From an uncultured archaeon (GTDB lineage Archaea > Asgardarchaeota > Lokiarchaeia > Sigyniarchaeales > SOKP01), in the NCBI GenBank assembly GCA_964486045.1, contig CAZALK010000018.1, forward strand, positions 30,089 to 94,088: a stretch of DNA of 64,000 nt, given 5' to 3'. The translations under genes and the position numbers were made by a program. Positions 61,640-64,000 of this stretch are shown in pieces (positions within the stretch are counted from its first letter, which is position 1; every line of letters begins with the position of its first letter). The notes under the pieces were generated by a model. That model did no database searches. It was not told where the DNA came from and saw nothing but the letters and a program-made list of their open reading frames with translations.

Positions 61640-61997
61640 ATTCAATTTTTAGAAAAAAGATTTTAATCTAAAAATTTTCATTATTAAAAAAAGATCAATT
61701 TTTGTATAAAACTTTAGGTATAGTACACAAAAAGTCATTTTTCTTTATTTTTCTTTACAATTATTTATATGACTGGAATATTTTTGAACAAAAAGATTTA
61801 AATACAAAATCTTTGATTAATAAATTGTTAATTATTCAAAATAAATATATAAAATAAAAATATTTTATAATACTTCTGAATAATGAAAAAACAATTCTGA
61901 ATAAAAAAAAAGTACAAATAAACATGTAATATACAAAAACTACAAATTTTTAATAAAATGAATAAAATAATATCAAAAAAAGAAGGGATTTAAAAAA

Positions 61998-63845
61998 ATG
62001 AAATTAGGTGTAAGAACAAGATTAGTTGTCTATTTTCTAGTTATTTCGGTCATACCATTAACGGTAATCACAATTTACTCTACTTTTACGCTAAAGGCAT
62101 CATATACAAGCGATCGATTGGCTCAACTACAAGCCACTGGGAACAATAAAGTAGGTGTGATTTCATTTTGGTTTGGATACAGAAAAGCTGATGCCGTGGC
62201 CTTGTCTCATTCTCCGGGTTTGGAGGATAACGTAGCGATCATGGTTGATCTGGCAGCAAATCAGACAGAAAAAGATGCTGCTAAGATTATAGTTGAAGAA
62301 TATATTGGAAATCTCCTTTACGTTTATGATGTGATGGGACAAACGGTGTATTATGAAACATTAGTACTTGATGTGAACGGAACTATTATAGCACAAGCTC
62401 AGGAATCAGGATGGACAGGTTACACACACTCTCTCGGAGGTGATCAATCGAGTAAGGATTATTTTATAGCCTGCTCTAGTACAGAAAATAAAAATAATGG
62501 AGATTATGTATTCCTTTCGGATTTTCGATTTGCTGGAGATGGCACCACTGTCCAAATTACAGCATCATCCCCTATTTTAGGCGACAATAGCAATTTTGTA
62601 GGGGTGCTAGTTGTATATATAAATCCCCAATGGTTATATAGTTTGATGCAAAATACTGAGGGTTTAGGTACAACGGGAGAGACATTTCTTTTGAATAATG
62701 AGCTAGAATGGTTAAATCCTAGTAAATATGATTATTACACTACTCAAACAGGTCAGTATAGTACGATTGAAGAAACTGTTTTGGTTGCAACAGTTAAAAG
62801 TGCGGGTACTTTAACGGCTCGAGATGAGAAAACAGATGTGACAAAAACAGACATATTGGATTATAGAGGAATTCTTATAATGGGCTCATTCCATTATTTA
62901 GAAATAAACTCTGAGGGCACAGCATGGATTTTAGTTGCTAAAATGGATATGTCAGAGGCGCTAACAATACCTACAAATTTAATGTGGATGTCAATCATTA
63001 TTATGATAATCGCGGTTGTAATCATAGCTGTTTTCGCGTTATTAATTTCGCAACGATTTACAAAACCTTTCATACAATTGGATAAAGTTGTAAGTGCGAG
63101 TTCAGATGTAAGTATTAATGTGGCGAATATGGCTACAGAATTATCAGCGAGTGCAAGTGAAGTTAATGCTGCTTCCGAAGAAATCGCATCAACAACCCAA
63201 GAAGTTTCTCAAAACACGCAGAGTCAAGTTAAATCCCTAGTAGAAATTAGTAAAATGTCAAAGGACATCAGCTCCTTCTCACATGAAGTTATGGCATCAA
63301 CTAAAGATATTAATAGGATAATGGATTTAATCACAAATATTTCTGATCAAACGAATTTACTTGCACTAAATGCTAGCATAGAAGCAGGTAGGGCTGGTGA
63401 GCATGGTCGAGGTTTTGCTGTTGTAGCTGATGAGGTTAGGAAACTTGCTGAGCAATCACAAACCGCAGTTATTGAAACAGCTAACAAAATAGAACAAATC
63501 ACTGCTAAAATTGAAAAAACTGTTGAGTTAATCGGAACTATAACTGTGGATATTGAAGCTGCAACCTCAGCGGGTGAAGAAAATTCTCGAGCAATAGAAG
63601 GCATTAGTGCCTCTGCTGAGCAACAAACTGCTTCAATGGAAGAAGTCACTTCGACAGCAAACAAATTAGGATCAGTGGCAGAAGATTTGAAAGATCAGCT
63701 AGCGGAAATTTCACAAGAAAATGGAAAGTCTAATAAACGTAAACGCAATGGAAATGGAAAGTCTAAAAAACAACAAATAAAAAAGCGAATAGCAAAAGTT
63801 TCTGCGACTATAATAAAAAAGAAGGATGAGTTTTCTGAGCAATAA
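61998..63845 (+). CDS. Methyl-accepting chemotaxis-like receptor (TM - Cache-like sensor - TM - MCP signalling domain)
   Basis: Two TM helices; [12 protein letters not shown] and DYRG Cache features; [38 protein letters not shown] hairpin tip. Confidence 0.93.
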   Translation: MKLGVRTRLVVYFLVISVIPLTVITIYSTFTLKASYTSDRLAQLQATGNNKVGVISFWFGYRKADAVALSHSPGLEDNVAIMVDLAANQTEKDAAKIIVEEYIGNLLYVYDVMGQTVYYETLVLDVNGTIIAQAQESGWTGYTHSLGGDQSSKDYFIACSSTENKNNGDYVFLSDFRFAGDGTTVQITASSPILGDNSNFVGVLVVYINPQWLYSLMQNTEGLGTTGETFLLNNELEWLNPSKYDYYTTQTGQYSTIEETVLVATVKSAGTLTARDEKTDVTKTDILDYRGILIMGSFHYLEINSEGTAWILVAKMDMSEALTIPTNLMWMSIIIMIIAVVIIAVFALLISQRFTKPFIQLDKVVSASSDVSINVANMATELSASASEVNAASEEIASTTQEVSQNTQSQVKSLVEISKMSKDISSFSHEVMASTKDINRIMDLITNISDQTNLLALNASIEAGRAGEHGRGFAVVADEVRKLAEQSQTAVIETANKIEQITAKIEKTVELIGTITVDIEAATSAGEENSRAIEGISASAEQQTASMEEVTSTANKLGSVAEDLKDQLAEISQENGKSNKRKRNGNGKSKKQQIKKRIAKVSATIIKKKDEFSEQ

Positions 63846-64000
63846 ACTGGAGAAGAAGATCTTTGGCTACTTTAAAAACATAAGGAAAAAATCGAGGAAT
63901 AAAGACAAGTAAATTGTAAATTCAAGAAAATTTCATAAAAATGCGGGAAAAATAATATAATTTAAATTGTGGATTAAGTTTCACACATTTTTTTCATTAA

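Noticed and set aside
1-64000. tRNA, rRNA, CRISPR arrays, IS transposases
   Set aside because: None recognised by eye. In-frame, stop-free BHB introns inside intact ORFs could not be systematically excluded without a computational scan.

Overview
AT-rich archaeal chromosomal window, most consistent with an Asgard archaeon (Lokiarchaeia-like). The evidence is a Rab-like small GTPase, a gelsolin-domain protein, an IPGY-TM-basic C-terminal sorting signal, archaeal Cdc6/XerA/HdrA-MvhD and an archaeal RNase P RNA. Most of the window is housekeeping or metabolic genes (fbaB, purA, abfD, tldD/pmbA, trxB, hppA, dnaK/dnaJ/grpE), plus a type IIG-like restriction-modification gene, two AbrB-VapC toxin-antitoxin pairs and several broken genes. 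The best finding is a 30-nt intervening sequence (13464-13493, minus strand) that interrupts a zinc-ribbon + LURP-one/scramblase-like gene. It folds into a canonical bulge-helix-bulge (BHB) splicing-endonuclease substrate, and cutting at the canonical positions removes an in-frame UAA and restores a 236-aa protein. It is therefore a candidate tRNA-type mRNA intron in an Asgard protein-coding gene. Secondary findings are a dif-like site near cdc6/xerA that may bracket an orphan gene, a TA module bracketed by direct repeats with dif-like geometry, tandem vWA + RING/PHD-like paralogs, and small genes missed by the ORF track. All family assignments come from motif recognition by eye; no searches were run.
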